A stretch of 64,000 nt of DNA from an uncultured Spirochaetota bacterium (GCA_963820525.1 CAWGAA010000001.1:1664001-1728000); one strand, 5' to 3'; shown: positions 16,980 to 27,175, counted from the first letter of the stretch. The notes: a model not told the origin generated them from the letters alone. Numbers and translations are program-made.

Positions 16980-17107
16980 GAGCCTGTCGGACTTTGGCCG
17001 TTTCCTGCATAAAAATTCAGCAGACAGGCCGCCGGTGTATGTTTATGCAGGTTTCCTCGGGTTGTTGTGCATGAACATACACAAAAGCAGGCAAGTCCGA
17101 CAGGCTC
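16980..17107. mobile_element. 128-bp MITE with IS1182-like ends, flanked by CTAG direct repeats
   Basis: Perfect 15-bp terminal IR GAGCCTGTCGGACTT, identical to the IS1182 right end. CTAG at 16976-16979 and 17108-17111. No coding capacity. Confidence 0.9.
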
Positions 17108-17758
17108 CTAGATCAACCCTGAAGCCCAGAGGATCCCCTTTTCGAGAAACCCAAGATACGCGGGATGCGAAAGCACCTCCGCCCTGTGCCCGGGAGTGAA
17201 GCAGAACACGCGCCCCGCTCCCGAAGCATGGGCCCAGGCCGCGGCCGAGCTTCCGAAATCTGCCGACGCGGTCTCGAGCAGGCGGATGGTGCGCGCCGAG
17301 TCGACGCGCACGAAATACATCTCGTCCTGGATTTCGAACTGCTGGAAGCCTTCGAGGATCGGGTGGGATTCTTCCGATCTCCGCAGGCTGAACCGGGGAT
17401 GCTCCTCGGGGTGAAAGATAAACCCGCCCCGCACGGTCTTGAAGTAAGGTCCCCCTCGGCCATAGGAGGCGAGGCCGGCATGCAGCGCCACCAGCCCTCC
17501 CCCTGCCTCGACGAACGTCTGGATTGCGTGCTCAAGCCTCTCGTCGATCCAGACGGCCGCCGATTCGGCCGGCGCCAGGCGGGCTTCGCGGGCGATGATG
17601 AGCGTCGAGTAGCGATGAAGATCATCCCAGGGAAGGAGCGCCGGGTCCGTGTAGGAATCGAGGCTCGCCGCGCCGGCGGCGCTCGTGAGCGCCGTCACCA
17701 TCGACTCCGGCTTGTGATAATAGTCTCCCACCAGGGCGGCGATCCTTGCCTCTTTCAT
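17108..17758 (-). CDS. ThuA-like domain protein
   Basis: GDYYH, FVEAGGGLVALHAG, FHPE, DEMY and GRVFCFTPGH. Confidence 0.85.
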   Translation of the reverse strand: MKEARIAALVGDYYHKPESMVTALTSAAGAASLDSYTDPALLPWDDLHRYSTLIIAREARLAPAESAAVWIDERLEHAIQTFVEAGGGLVALHAGLASYGRGGPYFKTVRGGFIFHPEEHPRFSLRRSEESHPILEGFQQFEIQDEMYFVRVDSARTIRLLETASADFGSSAAAWAHASGAGRVFCFTPGHRAEVLSHPAYLGFLEKGILWASGLI

Positions 17759-18228
17759 TCCTGATGGGCCTCGCCGGGATCGTTTTCAAGCAGCTCGACA
17801 ACCGTTTTCAGGGTCCGCACGGTGTCGATGTAGGCATAACGGCCGCCCGTGTACTCGCCCTTTTGAAGCAGCGGATGTCCGCCCTTCTCCAGCTCCTGCA
17901 GGCAACCCTTCATCCCCTGTACCACGAACGCCACGTGGTGGATTCCTTCCCCGTTCTTGTCCAGGAACTCCCTCCACGTGCTGGGCTCTCCATCCGGCTC
18001 GATGAGCTCCACCTCGAGATTCCCCAGCTCCAGGAACGCCAGCTTGGCGCGGGCCTTTGAAGGCTTTCCTCGATACTCGGTCTTCGCCTTCTCCACGCCG
18101 TCCGTCCAGAACCAGGAAGGAACGGGAAGGCCGAAGAGCGCAGCGCATTCCCTGCAGGAGCGCTCGATGTCCCGAACAATGATCCCGATCTGGGTGACAA
18201 CATCGGTGCCGAGAAGTCCTCTTTCCAT
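17755..18228 (-). CDS. VOC (glyoxalase / methylmalonyl-CoA epimerase-like) protein
   Basis: QIGIIVRD, VELIEP, GEGIHHVAF and VELLE. Confidence 0.9.
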   Translation of the reverse strand: MERGLLGTDVVTQIGIIVRDIERSCRECAALFGLPVPSWFWTDGVEKAKTEYRGKPSKARAKLAFLELGNLEVELIEPDGEPSTWREFLDKNGEGIHHVAFVVQGMKGCLQELEKGGHPLLQKGEYTGGRYAYIDTVRTLKTVVELLENDPGEAHQE

Positions 18229-18448
18229 GACAACCTCCAGGGGAATCGATCAGGATGGCGCATCCCCACGCCCGCCGGGCGCGCAGTCGACGTGGGCGCG
18301 TCGCGAGCTTCTACCGGTATTTGGAGCGTGAAATCTCTTTCAATGCAAGTGGCCGATAACACCTCCGGGGAAATGTTCCCTCGCGCCGCAAATATCAGTA
18401 GATTTTGCTTTGGTTACGATCGCGGGAAAGTGTTTGAAAGGAGAAAGC

Positions 18449-20216
18449 ATGCCTGTCCGTTCCAGCCAGCCCGAAGTGCTCTCCTATGACATCGTTATCG
18501 TGGGGAGCGGTCTGGCGGGGATGCGCGCGGCGCTCCAGGCCGCGGCCATCTCCGATGGCAAGCTGAGGATCGCGCTCGTATCAAAGCTCCACGCCATGAG
18601 GAGCCATTCGGTATCCGCCGAGGGAGGCATCTCAGGGGTCCTGTACCCGGGCCAGGCCGACGACTCGGAGGAACTGCACGCCTTCGACACGGTGAAGGGC
18701 GGAGACTACCTGGGAGACCAGCCCGCCATCGAGATGCTCGCCTCCGAGGCGCCCAAGGAGATCAGGTTCCTCGACCACCTGGGAACGCCCTGGAACCGGG
18801 ACACGGACGGCAAGGTGGTCCTGCGCGCCTTCGGCGGAATGACGGTTCCCCGGACCGTTTTCGCCGCCGACAAGACGGGCTTTTTCATGCTGCACGCGCT
18901 CTACGACACGCTCCTGCGCTTCGGCAACCTCGATATTTTCCACGAGCACTACGTCACGGACCTGATCCTGAAGGGCTCCCGCTTCATGGGCTTCCTCGCG
19001 CTGGAGCTTGCCACGGGAGAGCCGCGGTTTTTCGCCGCGAAGTCCGGCATCATCGCAACCGGCGGATTCGGCCGGATGTACGGGTTTGCCACGACCGCGT
19101 ACTCCAGCACGGGAGACGGCATCGCCCTGGCCTACCGCGCCGGGCTGCCTCTCAAGGACATGGAGTTCGTGCAGTTCCACCCCACGGGGCTCATCCCCAC
19201 CGGCGTCCTCATCACGGAAGCGGCCAGGGGCGAGGGCGGCTACCTCCTGAACTCCGACAATGCCCGCTTCATGGAGAGATACGCCAGGGGCAAGATGGAG
19301 CTTGCCCCGCGGGACATCGTGTCGCGCGCCATGACCACGGAGATGAACCAGGGGCGGGGTCTCATCCACGAGGTTTCCGGAATGACCCACCTCCTCCTGG
19401 ACATGCGCCACCTGGGAGAGGAGAAGATCGACGAGCGGCTCCCCATGATCAAGGAAATCTCGATGAAGCTGCTGGGCATCAACCCGGCGCACCATCCGCT
19501 TCCCGTGCGGCCGGCCACGCACTACACCATGGGCGGCATCCACGAGAACATCCAGGGCCAGGTGATGGCGGACGACTCCTCCACGCCGGTTGCCGGGCTG
19601 TGGGCAGCCGGGGAATGCGGATGCGTGAGCGTCCACGGCGCAAACAGGCTGGGGAGCAACTCCTTGAGCCACTGCGTGATCTGGGGAAGGCTCACGGGAG
19701 ACGCGGCAGCGCGCCACGCCCTTTCCACGGCGGGCCTCCCCTCGCACGCCGACGTCGGGGAAGAGCTTTCCGCCGCATTGGAGCGTCTCGCCGTCCTGAG
19801 CTCCCGCAGGGACGGAGAAGACCCCTACCAGCTGCGCCGGGAAGCTCGGCGAGACGCTGGATGCCTTCGTGCACATCTATCGCGACACGGCGAATCTGGA
19901 AAAGGCGCGGGAGAAGATCGCCGAGCTGCGGCAGAGATCCGCCAGGATCGGGCTTGCAGACCAGGGGGATGTTTACAACACAAACCGTCGCGACGCGCTG
20001 GAGATCAGGAACATGATCGAGCTCGCCCAGACCGTGGTGGCGGGCGCACTGCTTCGAAAGGAGTCCCGCGGCTCGCACGCCATGATCGAATATCCGACGC
20101 GTGACGACGCGAACTTCCTCAAGCACACCATCGCCTACAGGACCGAGGGGCAGCCGAGGATCTCCTACGCCCCCGTGGCCATCACCCGGTGGCAGCCGAT
20201 GGAAAGGAAGTATTGA
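18449..20216 (+). pseudogene. sdhA: Succinate dehydrogenase/fumarate reductase flavoprotein subunit, with a +1 frameshift near 19839-19844
   Basis: GSGLAG, RSHSVSAEGG (covalent FAD His), QFHPTG, TEAARGEGG, HYTMGG and HGANRLGSNSL. The C-terminus (RKESRGSH...ERKY) continues in another frame. Confidence 0.88.
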
Positions 20217-20635
20217 TGGAGAGCAGGAAGAAGCTTTTCGATCTTCGCGGGCCCCAGGGCAGGATCGGGCGCCTCGCCTCCTTCTATCTGGAGGGGTACG
20301 TGCACATGCTCTTCTACCGGATCATGGTGCCCCTGGCCATCGTCTACGGCGCTTTCATAGCCGCGTACCTCCTCTTTCCCGGGCTGGGAGCGGCGCTGAA
20401 GATCTTCACGGCGGCGGTCTGGATCCTGTGGACGCCTCAATTCATCGAAGTGGCGAAGGGCCTGTCGCTTGCATGGTCCCGCGGCATGGCCTACGGCCGC
20501 CTGAACAGGGAGTTTGCCGCGCTGTACAGGAAGCGGTACTCCACGAGGTCCGGGGGGTACGTGGCGTTTCCCATTATCGTCACCATTCTCTGGACCGTCG
20601 GATTCATCGTCATGCTCGTGAGGTGGCATCCATGA
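20216..20635 (+). CDS. Small membrane protein (about 3 TM), putative atypical Sdh/Frd anchor subunit
   Basis: TGATG overlap with the sdhA stop, three hydrophobic segments, 139 aa. Confidence 0.72.
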   Translation: MESRKKLFDLRGPQGRIGRLASFYLEGYVHMLFYRIMVPLAIVYGAFIAAYLLFPGLGAALKIFTAAVWILWTPQFIEVAKGLSLAWSRGMAYGRLNREFAALYRKRYSTRSGGYVAFPIIVTILWTVGFIVMLVRWHP

Positions 20636-20856
20636 AGGCTTCCCCCATCATGTTCTTCGAGTACCTCGGGATGATCGGAGTCCCTGTTCTCCTGCTTCTC
20701 CTCGCGCTGGCGGCACTTTTGTCCGCCGGCGCCCTGGTCATGGAGGTCCTGCTCGCCCTTATCGCGGCGGGCTGCGTCATCTACGGCGCAATCGGGATAC
20801 GAGAAGCGTTCGTTCACGGAGGGAAAAAGCGTGAGACAGCTGTTCGGAAAGGATAG
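20632..20856 (+). CDS. Small membrane protein (about 2 TM, 74 aa), putative second anchor subunit
   Basis: ATGA overlap with the previous gene. MKASPIMFFEYLGMIGVPVLLLLLALAALL...YGAIGIREAF. Overlaps the sdhB start. Confidence 0.68.
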   Translation: MKASPIMFFEYLGMIGVPVLLLLLALAALLSAGALVMEVLLALIAAGCVIYGAIGIREAFVHGGKKRETAVRKG

Positions 20857-21601
20857 GAAGGCCATCCGGCTTACCGTAAAGAAATTCGACCCCGAAACGC
20901 GCCGCTTCACGGAGGCGGGATACGAGGTCCAGGCGGACAAGTTCACGGCTGTCCTCGACCTCTTGATTGCCGTCAAGGAGCGGCAGGATCACACCCTCTC
21001 CATGCGCTACAGCTGCAACATGGGCATCTGCGGCTCCTGCGGCATGGTGATCAACGGCAAACCCCGCCTTGCCTGCGAGACGAACGTCTTCTCCCTGGGG
21101 ACGGACGCCATCCGCGTCGGACCCATGGAGGCGCACCCGCTTCTCAAGCACCTCGTCACAGACTTCGACGATTTCTTCGCCAAGCACAAGAGCGTGAAGC
21201 CGTGGCTCGTCAGGAAGGACATTGCGGAGCAGCGCGCCGCGGAAAAGGAATATTCCCAGACCAGGAGCCAGGTCGACTACTTTCTCGATTTCGCCCACTG
21301 CATCAAGTGCGGGCTGTGCGTGGATGCCTGTCCCGTCAACAACACAAACCCCCACTTCGTGGGGCCACAGGCCCTCTCCCAGGCCTACCGGTATAACTGC
21401 GACTCCCGCGACGAGGGCGAACGGGAGAGGCTCGATCTCATCGACCGCATGGAAGGGCTCTGGGGCTGCGAGTATGCCGGGGCCTGCTCCCACGTCTGTC
21501 CCAAGGGCGTTGATCCCGCCCTCACCATCCAGCTCCTGAAGCTGGACGTGCTGCGCTACCGGTTCATGGGCAGGACGAACACGAACAAAAGGGCGAAGTA
21601 G
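20831..21601 (+). CDS. sdhB: Succinate dehydrogenase/fumarate reductase iron-sulfur subunit
   Basis: SCNMGICGSC...LAC (2Fe-2S), CIKCGLCVDACP (4Fe-4S) and CEYAGACSHVCP (3Fe-4S). Confidence 0.95.
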   Translation: MRQLFGKDRKAIRLTVKKFDPETRRFTEAGYEVQADKFTAVLDLLIAVKERQDHTLSMRYSCNMGICGSCGMVINGKPRLACETNVFSLGTDAIRVGPMEAHPLLKHLVTDFDDFFAKHKSVKPWLVRKDIAEQRAAEKEYSQTRSQVDYFLDFAHCIKCGLCVDACPVNNTNPHFVGPQALSQAYRYNCDSRDEGERERLDLIDRMEGLWGCEYAGACSHVCPKGVDPALTIQLLKLDVLRYRFMGRTNTNKRAK

Positions 21602-21612
21602 GTGGAGGTACG

Positions 21613-22251
21613 ATGCGCGCGTCGTTGATCACAACCCTGCTGGCCGTCGCAAGCGCGCTGCACGCGCAACCCCCATCGGCCGGCGTCGATGCAGTCTCAA
21701 GCCCGGCGCCCACGGCGGCGCGGGATCTGGCCCGCCTCGGCGCAGAGGCTCTCGAGAAGCAGGATCCGGCCGACGCGGTGGAATACTTCGCGCGCGCTCT
21801 GGCCCAGCTGCCGAACAATCCAGATCTCAAAGCGGCAAAGGGGAAGGCGCTCGCTCAGGCAGGCCGCGGGGAAGAAGCGGAAGAGGTCCTCATACAGTCC
21901 GTCTACCTGGGCACTGAAGACCCTTTCCCCTTCTATTGGCTCGGCACCGAGCGCAAGAGCCGTCCCCTGCTCCTCCTGGCGGCGGGGAAAGCGGCCCAGC
22001 TTTCCAGCTCGCGGAAGACATCCCCAGACAATAAGGATGGCAAGGGCGTAGAATCGCAGCTTGCCAAGATGCCGCTCCTGTCAGGCGCGGAGGACGTGCG
22101 GAAAACTCTTGACTCCGCGATTGGCGCGCTTCGCCTCATAGACGGCGACAATGACTTCGAACAAGACCTCCACACCCTTATCTCATGGTATCCACAGAGC
22201 GCGGAACTGGCGGCGGCCGCCGACAGTTTCCTCCACAAAGCAGGAAATTAG
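21613..22251 (+). CDS. Secreted TPR-like protein
   Basis: Signal peptide, TPR pattern AVEYFARALAQLPNNP...KGKALAQAGRGEEA, and GGAGG RBS. Confidence 0.72.
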   Translation: MRASLITTLLAVASALHAQPPSAGVDAVSSPAPTAARDLARLGAEALEKQDPADAVEYFARALAQLPNNPDLKAAKGKALAQAGRGEEAEEVLIQSVYLGTEDPFPFYWLGTERKSRPLLLLAAGKAAQLSSSRKTSPDNKDGKGVESQLAKMPLLSGAEDVRKTLDSAIGALRLIDGDNDFEQDLHTLISWYPQSAELAAAADSFLHKAGN

Positions 22252-22276
22252 ACGGCCGCCGCCACAAAACAGATCT

Positions 22277-22849
22277 TTAGCTCTTGATCAGCACCCGCGG
22301 GGAGCTCACGTCCGCGGAAACATCGAACTCGTCCCACATTCCGGCTTTGTCGTGGCCCGGCACGCCGCAGACCAGGGCGTACTGGCCCGCCTTGTCCGCC
22401 GTGAAGGTGAAGACTTCAGCGGGCTGTCCTCTGCCGATTCCGACCTTGTAATCGGCCGGCTCTGAGCCGGTGAAGGCGGGCTCCAGATTGGAGGAAGTCC
22501 GCTGGTCCCACGGCACGATGAGCGCGCTGTGCTTGATGCCCGCATCGACCTTCAGATCCACCGTCACGGTCCAGCCCACCGGAACCTGGATCAGCATCGC
22601 CCCGTTTTTGTACCCTTCGAAGTTCAGCCCGGTGGACACAAGGTCAACGGTCACCGTCTTCTCATCCTGGTTCACCGAGAGTATCTTGTCCGAGCCCGGG
22701 TAGGTCGAATAGCCCGCGGGCAAGCCGGGGCTGGATGAAGGTCCGCTCATGCTCTGGCTCCATGCCGCGTTCCCCGCCAGGAGCCCTATGAAAATCACCG
22801 CCGCTGCGGTGGCGCTTCGAACGAGAAAAACTAAAGATTTTCGACTCAT
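22277..22849 (-). CDS. Sulfocyanin (SoxE)-like blue copper protein
   Basis: Signal peptide, LNFEGY..G...VPVGWTV, His in KHSALI, and type-1 Cu loop CGVPGHDKAGMW. Confidence 0.85.
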   Translation of the reverse strand: MSRKSLVFLVRSATAAAVIFIGLLAGNAAWSQSMSGPSSSPGLPAGYSTYPGSDKILSVNQDEKTVTVDLVSTGLNFEGYKNGAMLIQVPVGWTVTVDLKVDAGIKHSALIVPWDQRTSSNLEPAFTGSEPADYKVGIGRGQPAEVFTFTADKAGQYALVCGVPGHDKAGMWDEFDVSADVSSPRVLIKS

Positions 22850-22996
22850 TGTCAAATCCCCCTTCGTAAGCATTCTCTACGTATGGCGCACTTTTTTGGA
22901 TTTGTGGCTCAAAGGTACTACCGGAGCAGGCGTCGGGGGCAAGCGTTTTTTTTCCGAGTCGCGCGGCGGTGCGCCGCCTCAGAGGCGGCGCCGCTT

Positions 22997-25576
22997 TCAG
23001 CCCATCTGCGAGCGTGAGCGCTCCGCGGCCCCTCGGCGCCGCAGAAGCTTGACGGCCTCGAACCACGCCACGCTCACCGCGCCGGCGCCGAGGGAGAGCG
23101 CCACGTCGATGATGTGCATGGGTGCGAAGTGAAAAAGGTCGCGCAGCCCCGGGGTATACACCACCGCAGCGAGGAAACCGACGGCTCCGACGACGACCCA
23201 CGTGAGCGCCGGGTTCGGCACGCCGAGGGAGTACACCATGGTGCGCGACCAGCTCCTGTTGGTGAGGATCATGCAGAGGTTGGAGACGATCAGGGTGATG
23301 AACGCCAGCGAGCGCGCCTCGGCGAAGCTCTGCCCGAGGGAGAGGGCGATGCGGTAGACGGCGATCACGACCGCGAAGGCCACGATTCCCTGCAGGAGCG
23401 CTACCGCCAGGCTCCTTTTTCCGAAAAGGCGCGCCCGCGGGCTTCGCGGCTTCCGGGCCATGATGTCGGGGTCCTCGGGCTCGGCCTCGAAGACCACGGA
23501 ACAGGCGGGATCTATGATGAGCTCGAGGAACACGATGTGCACGGGGTAGAGGATCATCTCCTTCCATTGGAGGAGGACCGGCACCAGGGAGGCGAGGGCG
23601 ATGGGGATGTGCACGCTGATGATGTACGCCATCGCCTTTTTCAGGTTGTCGAATATCCTCCGCCCCATCCTGACGGCGGCCACGATGGAGGAGAAGTCGT
23701 CGTCCAGGAGGACGAGGTCCGACGCCTCGCGGGCAACGTCGGTTCCGCGGCCGCCCATGGCCACTCCGATGTGGGCAGACTTGAGCGCGGGGGCGTCGTT
23801 CACCCCGTCTCCCGTCATGGCCACCACTTCTCCGCTCTCCTTCATCGCCTTCACGATTGCGAGCTTCTGCTCCGGCACCACCCGGGCAAAGATGGTCACG
23901 TCACGGATTCCCCGGGTGAGCTCCTCGGGGCTCATTCGGTCGAGCTCCGGTCCCGTGATGACCCTTTCGGGATTCGGCAGGCCGATCTGGCGGGCGATCT
24001 TCTGGGCGGTCCCGGGATAATCCCCCGTGATCATCACGACGCGGATTCCCGCCTGCCGGCATTCGGCAATCGCGGCGGGGACCGCGGGCCGGATGGGGTC
24101 CTCCAATCCAAGGAGGCCGATGAGCTGGAAGGGAAAATCGTGCTGGATATAGGGAAGGCTCCGCTCGGCGAAGCGGGCCTTGGCCACGCCGATCACGCGC
24201 AGGCCCTCACCCGCCATCTCGTGCACCGCCTCCATGAGGGAGTTCGCCGCGCCCTGCTCTAAATGGCAGAGGTCCGCGATGGCTTCCGGGGCTCCCTTGG
24301 TGGCCACCACGTAATCGTCGCTTGAGGCGGATTTCCATACGTGAGAGAGGGCCAGAAGATCGCGCGAGAGCGGGTACTGCTGCACGAGGGTCCAGGTGGA
24401 ATGCAGGTGCTCCGTGTCCTCCAGCGAGGAGAAGCCGGCTTCCACGATGGCCTTTTCCATCGGGTCGAAAGGATCCTCCTGGCTGGCGAGGATCCCGAAC
24501 TCCAGAAGCTCGTGGAATTCCTCGGGGAGGTGGTCGGATGGGCTGGAAGCAATGTCGTGGAACCTGCCCGCGGCGTGGAGCTTCTTGATCTTCATCCTGT
24601 TCTGGGTGAGCGTTCCCGTCTTGTCCACGCACAGAACGGCGGCGGCGCCCAGCGTCTCCACGGCGGCCATCTTGCGCGCGAGGACCTGTTTCTGGGATAT
24701 CCGCCACGCTCCCAGAGCCAGGAAGATCGTGAGCACAACCGGGAACTCTTCGGGGAGCGTGGCCATGGCGAGGGTGAGGCCGGAGAGGAGCCCCTGGAGC
24801 CAGTCTCCGCGGGTCACGCCGTAAACGACCACCACGATCGCGAAGAGCGCGAGCGCGAAGAGGAAAACCGTCTTGACCACGGAACGGGTCTCTCTCTGCA
24901 GGGGCGTCTGTTCCTGCTCGACCGTCTGGAGTGCCTTGCCGATCTTTCCGATCTCGGAAAGGCTGCCGGTCGCCTTGACCAGCGCCACGCCCTGGCCGTG
25001 AACCACGAGGGTGCCGGAATAGACGAAGGGAAGGTCATCCCCTCCCGGCCTGCCCATCTCCATCTCTCCGTCTGCGGGGGACTTGCGGACGGCGACGGAT
25101 TCCCCGGTGAGCAGCGACTCGTCCACCGAGAGGTTGATGCCCCACGCCAAAAGCGAATCGGCGGGAACCCTGTCGCCCTCCGCGAGGATGATGAAGTCCC
25201 CGCGCACGACTTCTCTTCCCGGGATCCTCCTGCGCTCTCCATCCCTGACCACGAGAGCGCGGGGGCTGGAAAGATCTCGCAGCGCCTCCAGGGTCCTCTC
25301 GGTCTTTCCCTCCTGGTAGATGGTGATCCCCATGATCACGAAGACGAAACCCAGGAGCATGATGGCCTCCTGGACGTCTCCCAGGAGGAGATAGAGAACG
25401 CCGATTGCGACCAGGAGGAGGAACATCGGCTCCTTGAAGACTTCGAGGACGATCCCCAGGATGCCTCTCCTCCTGGCGGATGGAAGCTCGTTGGGACCGT
25501 CCGCGCGCAGGATTTCACCGGCTTGTTCTTCGGTGAGACCGACAAGGCGCTTGACCTGCTCATCTGAGAGGGCCAT
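22997..25576 (-). CDS. Cation-transporting P-type ATPase (P2, Ca2+-type)
   Basis: TGES, PEEFP, DKTGTLT, KGAPE and GDGVNDAP. Confidence 0.94.
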   Translation of the reverse strand: MALSDEQVKRLVGLTEEQAGEILRADGPNELPSARRRGILGIVLEVFKEPMFLLLVAIGVLYLLLGDVQEAIMLLGFVFVIMGITIYQEGKTERTLEALRDLSSPRALVVRDGERRRIPGREVVRGDFIILAEGDRVPADSLLAWGINLSVDESLLTGESVAVRKSPADGEMEMGRPGGDDLPFVYSGTLVVHGQGVALVKATGSLSEIGKIGKALQTVEQEQTPLQRETRSVVKTVFLFALALFAIVVVVYGVTRGDWLQGLLSGLTLAMATLPEEFPVVLTIFLALGAWRISQKQVLARKMAAVETLGAAAVLCVDKTGTLTQNRMKIKKLHAAGRFHDIASSPSDHLPEEFHELLEFGILASQEDPFDPMEKAIVEAGFSSLEDTEHLHSTWTLVQQYPLSRDLLALSHVWKSASSDDYVVATKGAPEAIADLCHLEQGAANSLMEAVHEMAGEGLRVIGVAKARFAERSLPYIQHDFPFQLIGLLGLEDPIRPAVPAAIAECRQAGIRVVMITGDYPGTAQKIARQIGLPNPERVITGPELDRMSPEELTRGIRDVTIFARVVPEQKLAIVKAMKESGEVVAMTGDGVNDAPALKSAHIGVAMGGRGTDVAREASDLVLLDDDFSSIVAAVRMGRRIFDNLKKAMAYIISVHIPIALASLVPVLLQWKEMILYPVHIVFLELIIDPACSVVFEAEPEDPDIMARKPRSPRARLFGKRSLAVALLQGIVAFAVVIAVYRIALSLGQSFAEARSLAFITLIVSNLCMILTNRSWSRTMVYSLGVPNPALTWVVVGAVGFLAAVVYTPGLRDLFHFAPMHIIDVALSLGAGAVSVAWFEAVKLLRRRGAAERSRSQMG

Positions 25577-25714
25577 TCATTCTCCTTACCAGAAACAGAC
25601 GGATATGAATCGATTGGCTGCCGACGAGTCGTGCGCCTAGAGTAGATGCCGGGGCGTGGTCAGTGTCAATGCGGCGCGCCGCGAGGTTTTACCGTTTATT
25701 GGACCCTGCGCGTG

Positions 25715-26533
25715 TCAGGGATGGTAATCGACATCCAGGGGAACGAAGAACCGTCCGTAGCGGCTGCTGCACGCGATGGTTCCCCCGACCGAAAAGTCCG
25801 GAATGCGCGGCTGGGCGAGATTGAGCATCATGCCGAGGGTCTTTCCCGGGCTCATGTCCAGGCGAAGCACGATGGGCTGGGCCTCTGCGGGCCGGAGGTC
25901 GGCGGGCTCCGTGCTGCGCAGGAGCCTGTACCTCTTCCCGTTGAGCTGGATGTACGAGTCTATCGAATCCACCGTGATGCTGAACGAGTTGGTGTTCTTC
26001 ACCAGAAGGGTGACGGTGAAGGAGCTTCCCAATGGCGCCCCTTCGGCCTGCATGAAGCTGACTTCGGGCACCCGGGGGATGGGGACCTGGATCGATTTGG
26101 CGAACGGAATGGCATCGAAATCGAACGAGCCGACGGGGTAGACCTCGCCGTGAAAGGTGACTCGGAGGACATCGGCGGTAAGCACGTCCGGGGCAAGATC
26201 CAGGATGTCCTTCATCGCGATCTGGAAGGGGAAGGTGACGGTTTCGTTTCCCCCGCCGCTGGTGCGCTTCATTGCGGTAAAGGAGTCGGAAAAAAGAGGC
26301 GTATCGAACAGATCCACGCCCCAATCGGTGCGGGAATATTCCAGGCTGACCGGCATGTTGTTCTGGATGAAGATCTTGGCCTCGAATCTGACAACCTGGG
26401 GGTCAATCGAAACCGGAATGAGCTGTATGACGCTGACGGAGGGCGGCTTGGGAACCACGGGTCCCTGGCTGGCACACCCGAGAGCGATGGAGACAGTGGC
26501 GATTGCCAAAAGATACCGCAGAGACCTGATCAT
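25715..26533 (-). CDS. LEA type 2 (WHy) domain lipoprotein
   Basis: Lipobox ALGC, KPPSVS, and two WHy-like repeats (IQNNMP, VKNTNSF). Confidence 0.75.
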   Translation of the reverse strand: MIRSLRYLLAIATVSIALGCASQGPVVPKPPSVSVIQLIPVSIDPQVVRFEAKIFIQNNMPVSLEYSRTDWGVDLFDTPLFSDSFTAMKRTSGGGNETVTFPFQIAMKDILDLAPDVLTADVLRVTFHGEVYPVGSFDFDAIPFAKSIQVPIPRVPEVSFMQAEGAPLGSSFTVTLLVKNTNSFSITVDSIDSYIQLNGKRYRLLRSTEPADLRPAEAQPIVLRLDMSPGKTLGMMLNLAQPRIPDFSVGGTIACSSRYGRFFVPLDVDYHP

Positions 26534-26642
26534 GCGCGCCTCCCGTTCAATGGTGCACGCGCCGTCGCGCAATCGTCAAGGAGAGGCAGGGAAGGGTGCG
26601 GGGCGCTGGACACGGCACCCCGCCTTCCGGCACCATGACGCG

Positions 26643-27080
26643 ATGACGGTCAGGCAGTACCAGTTCACCCTGAGGTCCAGGCCGCGGGGATTCCACCTGG
26701 TCACGGACGAGGTGGTCTCGCACCTCGAGGACCTCGCCGGCTTCTCCGCGGGGCTCTGCCACATCTTCATCCGCCATACCAGCGCTTCCCTCAGTCTCAA
26801 CGAGAACGCCGATCCCACCGTGAGGGTTGACTTCGAGGCCCACCTCCGCCGCATGGTGCCCGATGCTGCCCCCTACTATCGGCACGATTACGAGGGAGAC
26901 GACGATATGTCGGCGCATATCAAGGCGAGCCTCTTCGGCTCCGGGCTCACGATCCCGGTCTCCGGCGGCAGGCTTGCGCTGGGCACGTGGCAGGGCATCT
27001 ATCTCTGCGAGCACAGGGAGCACGGCGGGCCGCGCGAGATCGTGGCGACGCTCATTGGGGAGCTCAATACAAAGGATTGA
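26643..27080 (+). CDS. yjbQ: YjbQ / UPF0047 protein
   Basis: [22 protein letters not shown] and [12 protein letters not shown]. Confidence 0.93.
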   Translation: MTVRQYQFTLRSRPRGFHLVTDEVVSHLEDLAGFSAGLCHIFIRHTSASLSLNENADPTVRVDFEAHLRRMVPDAAPYYRHDYEGDDDMSAHIKASLFGSGLTIPVSGGRLALGTWQGIYLCEHREHGGPREIVATLIGELNTKD

Positions 27081-27175
27081 CGCAGCATGATCGAAGGCAT
27101 CCTTGAACGTTTCTGCACTCCTCCATTCGCCGATGAAAGCGATTTCGATCGAAAGGCCATGGAGGGCCGTCTCGC

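Noticed and set aside
22971..22991. Perfect GC hairpin after the P2 ATPase as an intrinsic terminator
   Set aside because: No U-tract follows on the minus strand, so the terminator call is unsupported.
25577..25714. yybP-ykoY riboswitch before the P2 ATPase, and a SAM riboswitch before metY
   Set aside because: The conserved cores are not visible in either leader. An Infernal/Rfam scan would be the decisive test.
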